Shown here in pieces: positions 28,906-30,470 of a DNA stretch of 30,470 nucleotides. Position 1 is the first letter of the stretch. Each line of letters starts with the position of its first letter. This DNA comes from Candidatus Hydrogenedentota bacterium (GTDB lineage Bacteria; Hydrogenedentota; Hydrogenedentia; Hydrogenedentales; SLHB01). The stretch spans positions 1-30,470 of the forward strand of contig CAVUWV010000022.1 of assembly GCA_963745075.1 (NCBI GenBank). Reading direction: 5' to 3'. Under the pieces are notes generated by a model, which did not search any database, was not told the origin of the DNA, and saw nothing but the letters and a program-made list of their open reading frames with translations. Made by a program: the position numbers and the translations under genes.

Positions 28906-29781
28906 CTAATTGATACCGCTGGGGGTCGAACTCGAACGGTTTTGAATCACATTGGTACTTCCGCTGCTACTGCTACTGCTACTGCTATTGTCACTGTTAT
29001 TAATATCGAATACATCGTTGAGGTCTAAAGTCATATTCACCCAATTGGGAACGGTCTTGTTGAGATACTGGTCCACCCATTGATCGATTCGATCAATCTT
29101 GGTACGTGGCACGAAAACAATGTCGTTGGGTTGAAGATAGAAGGGCTCGCTTTCGGCATTCTTGAAGACCTCGCGAAGATCGAGTGTTCGGGCGTATTGT
29201 TTCCCATTCATCCGCCGAATGATTAAAACATTCGATATCTTCGCGCTGCTGTTGCGCAGGCCGCCGGCCTTGACGATAGCTTCCATAACTGTCAGTCGCC
29301 CGATGATTGGTATTGCAACTAGACCGTCCGTGTTGCGAGTCGAATTGACTTCACCGCCAACGTGAACCATGCGGTTCTCTTCCACGCGTGCGAACACGGC
29401 GATTTCCGGATCTTTGAGTTTGTCGGCATAGAGACTCAACAGTTCCCTCCGAAGCTCTTCCGGGGTCATGCCCTCCGCTTTCACTTCATGCACCAGTTGC
29501 AGGGAGATCATGCCATCAGGCCGGATCGTTTGAACTTCGTCCAGGTCGGACCAGAAGCGGAATTTCACCTCAATTACGTCTCCGGGTTGGAAAACGACGG
29601 ATAGTGGTGACGTGGGCAGGCTGGATTCTTCTACGGATGGGACTCTCGGAGCGGTGGCGCATCCGGACGACATAAGCAATAACGCCGTACAGGCGACTAC
29701 AGCAAGAACTCCCGCGGGAAGTCGGCAGAAGTTACCGACGGTTCGCCCCATGGTGTAGTACGTCAAAGTGTCCTTCCCCAT
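28906..29781 (-). CDS. wza: Polysaccharide export lipoprotein (Wza/OPX family)
   Basis: Lipobox-like MSSGC; PGDVIEV, IRPDGMISL, VGGEV, EAIVKAGG, LQPNDIVFVP; GAGGAGG SD. Confidence 0.92.
   Translation of the reverse strand: MGKDTLTYYTMGRTVGNFCRLPAGVLAVVACTALLLMSSGCATAPRVPSVEESSLPTSPLSVVFQPGDVIEVKFRFWSDLDEVQTIRPDGMISLQLVHEVKAEGMTPEELRRELLSLYADKLKDPEIAVFARVEENRMVHVGGEVNSTRNTDGLVAIPIIGRLTVMEAIVKAGGLRNSSAKISNVLIIRRMNGKQYARTLDLREVFKNAESEPFYLQPNDIVFVPRTKIDRIDQWVDQYLNKTVPNWVNMTLDLNDVFDINNSDNSSSSSSSSGSTNVIQNRSSSTPSGIN
28964..28987. repeat. (CTGCTA)x4 tandem repeat encoding poly-Ser in the Wza tail
   Basis: Four exact copies read directly from the sequence. Confidence 0.85.
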
Positions 29782-30087
29782 TGGTCCTCCTCAGTATGAG
29801 CAGAGAACTACACGGGCAGGATAGTATCCATAGGGACCCACGAGGGGACCGACACTGTAGTTGTGCAGAACCCCCATGGTGCAGCCAGCAATCCCACGGA
29901 AACTCGCCGTGCAATTTCGTTCCTACCGGACCGAGTGTGACCTCCCCAGTAATTAGCTCTATCCAGTCTGGAGTCGCACTTCTCAGCGGACCCTTAACGA
30001 GATCGCCCCTAGAAGCCAATTACTTTTCGGTTGCCACGTCTTCATTTCTTCACGACAACCGACACTTCAACGCACCGGCTTGAATGA

Positions 30088-30103
30088 AGCAATAATTGTG
30101 CCA
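30088..30103 (-). promoter_or_regulatory. Sigma54 (RpoN) -24/-12 promoter of the operon
   Basis: Minus strand reads TGGCACAATTATTGCT, an exact match to TGGCAC-N5-TTGCW. It points toward wza from non-coding DNA ~300 nt upstream. Confidence 0.85.
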
Positions 30104-30212
30104 TACCCAACACATAGTAATTACTTCACAACGGCGGCAAGGAATCTCGGCTGAATCACTGAAGCATTATCATATTCATTTTCAGTGGGTTATACTCGCT
30201 GAAGAAGAGGCA

Positions 30213-30263
30213 GTCTTGACGATTTGAGTTACGAATTCTAGAACCGTTTTCCGAGGTCAAGAC
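30213..30263. promoter_or_regulatory. Inverted repeat, candidate enhancer (bEBP) site
   Basis: GTCTTGAC (30213-30220) N35 GTCAAGAC (30256-30263), with palindrome TTCTAGAA at 30236-30243; 110-160 bp upstream of the -24 element. Confidence 0.35.
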
Positions 30264-30470
30264 ATGCATGGAGAGTTCGGCCTATCTGCAAAATGCCCAA
30301 AAGTCTGTCAGGGATGAGCAACTTATGATCTCGTTTCTTCCACTAATCGTAGCCAGAGCATCTCAACAGGCGGCCCGCGTTCGTGGTTCGCTATACGGCG
30401 CTAAATCTGGAAGTTTGGGATGGCAGAACCTCAAAACCTTGTTGACCGGACAGTACTGATTTGGATTACA

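Noticed and set aside
29782..30080. ops/JUMPstart element or c-di-GMP riboswitch in the leader
   Set aside because: No GGCGGTAG (closest is TCCGGTAG) and no recognisable GEMM signature by eye.
30268..30459. 63 aa plus-strand ORF
   Set aside because: Short, with no motif or convincing SD.
1..30470. CRISPR array, IS/transposase, integrase, tRNA or rRNA
   Set aside because: No spaced repeats or mobile-element ORFs seen; nearly all sequence is accounted for by EPS genes.

Overview
The window holds one ~29.8 kb minus-strand surface-polysaccharide (EPS/capsule) operon of the Wzx/Wzy type, preceded by a consensus sigma54 promoter (TGGCAC-N5-TTGCT, 30088-30103). Gene order as transcribed: wza; Wzc-type co-polymerase; ExeA-like ATPase; CpsD/CapB-like kinase with a degenerate Walker A; degenerate GGDEF protein retaining RxxD; priming sugar transferase; Gfo/Idh/MocA oxidoreductase; an apparently lower-GC block (wzx, small ORF, pyruvyl transferase, Wzy/ligase-like protein, GT2, asnB, GT2, deacetylase); acetyltransferase; DegT aminotransferase; UDP-sugar dehydrogenase; a tailoring module (FemAB-like, deacetylase, DUF362, GNAT, PaaK/CapK-like ligase, FemAB-like); GT4; B12-binding protein lacking its radical SAM core; and a second wzx running off the left edge. 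About ten frame disruptions are visible, many in homopolymers and denser toward the left end, so sequencing error and genuine decay are both possible. No RNA genes, mobile elements or CRISPR arrays were seen. All family calls come from motif recognition by eye, not database searches.
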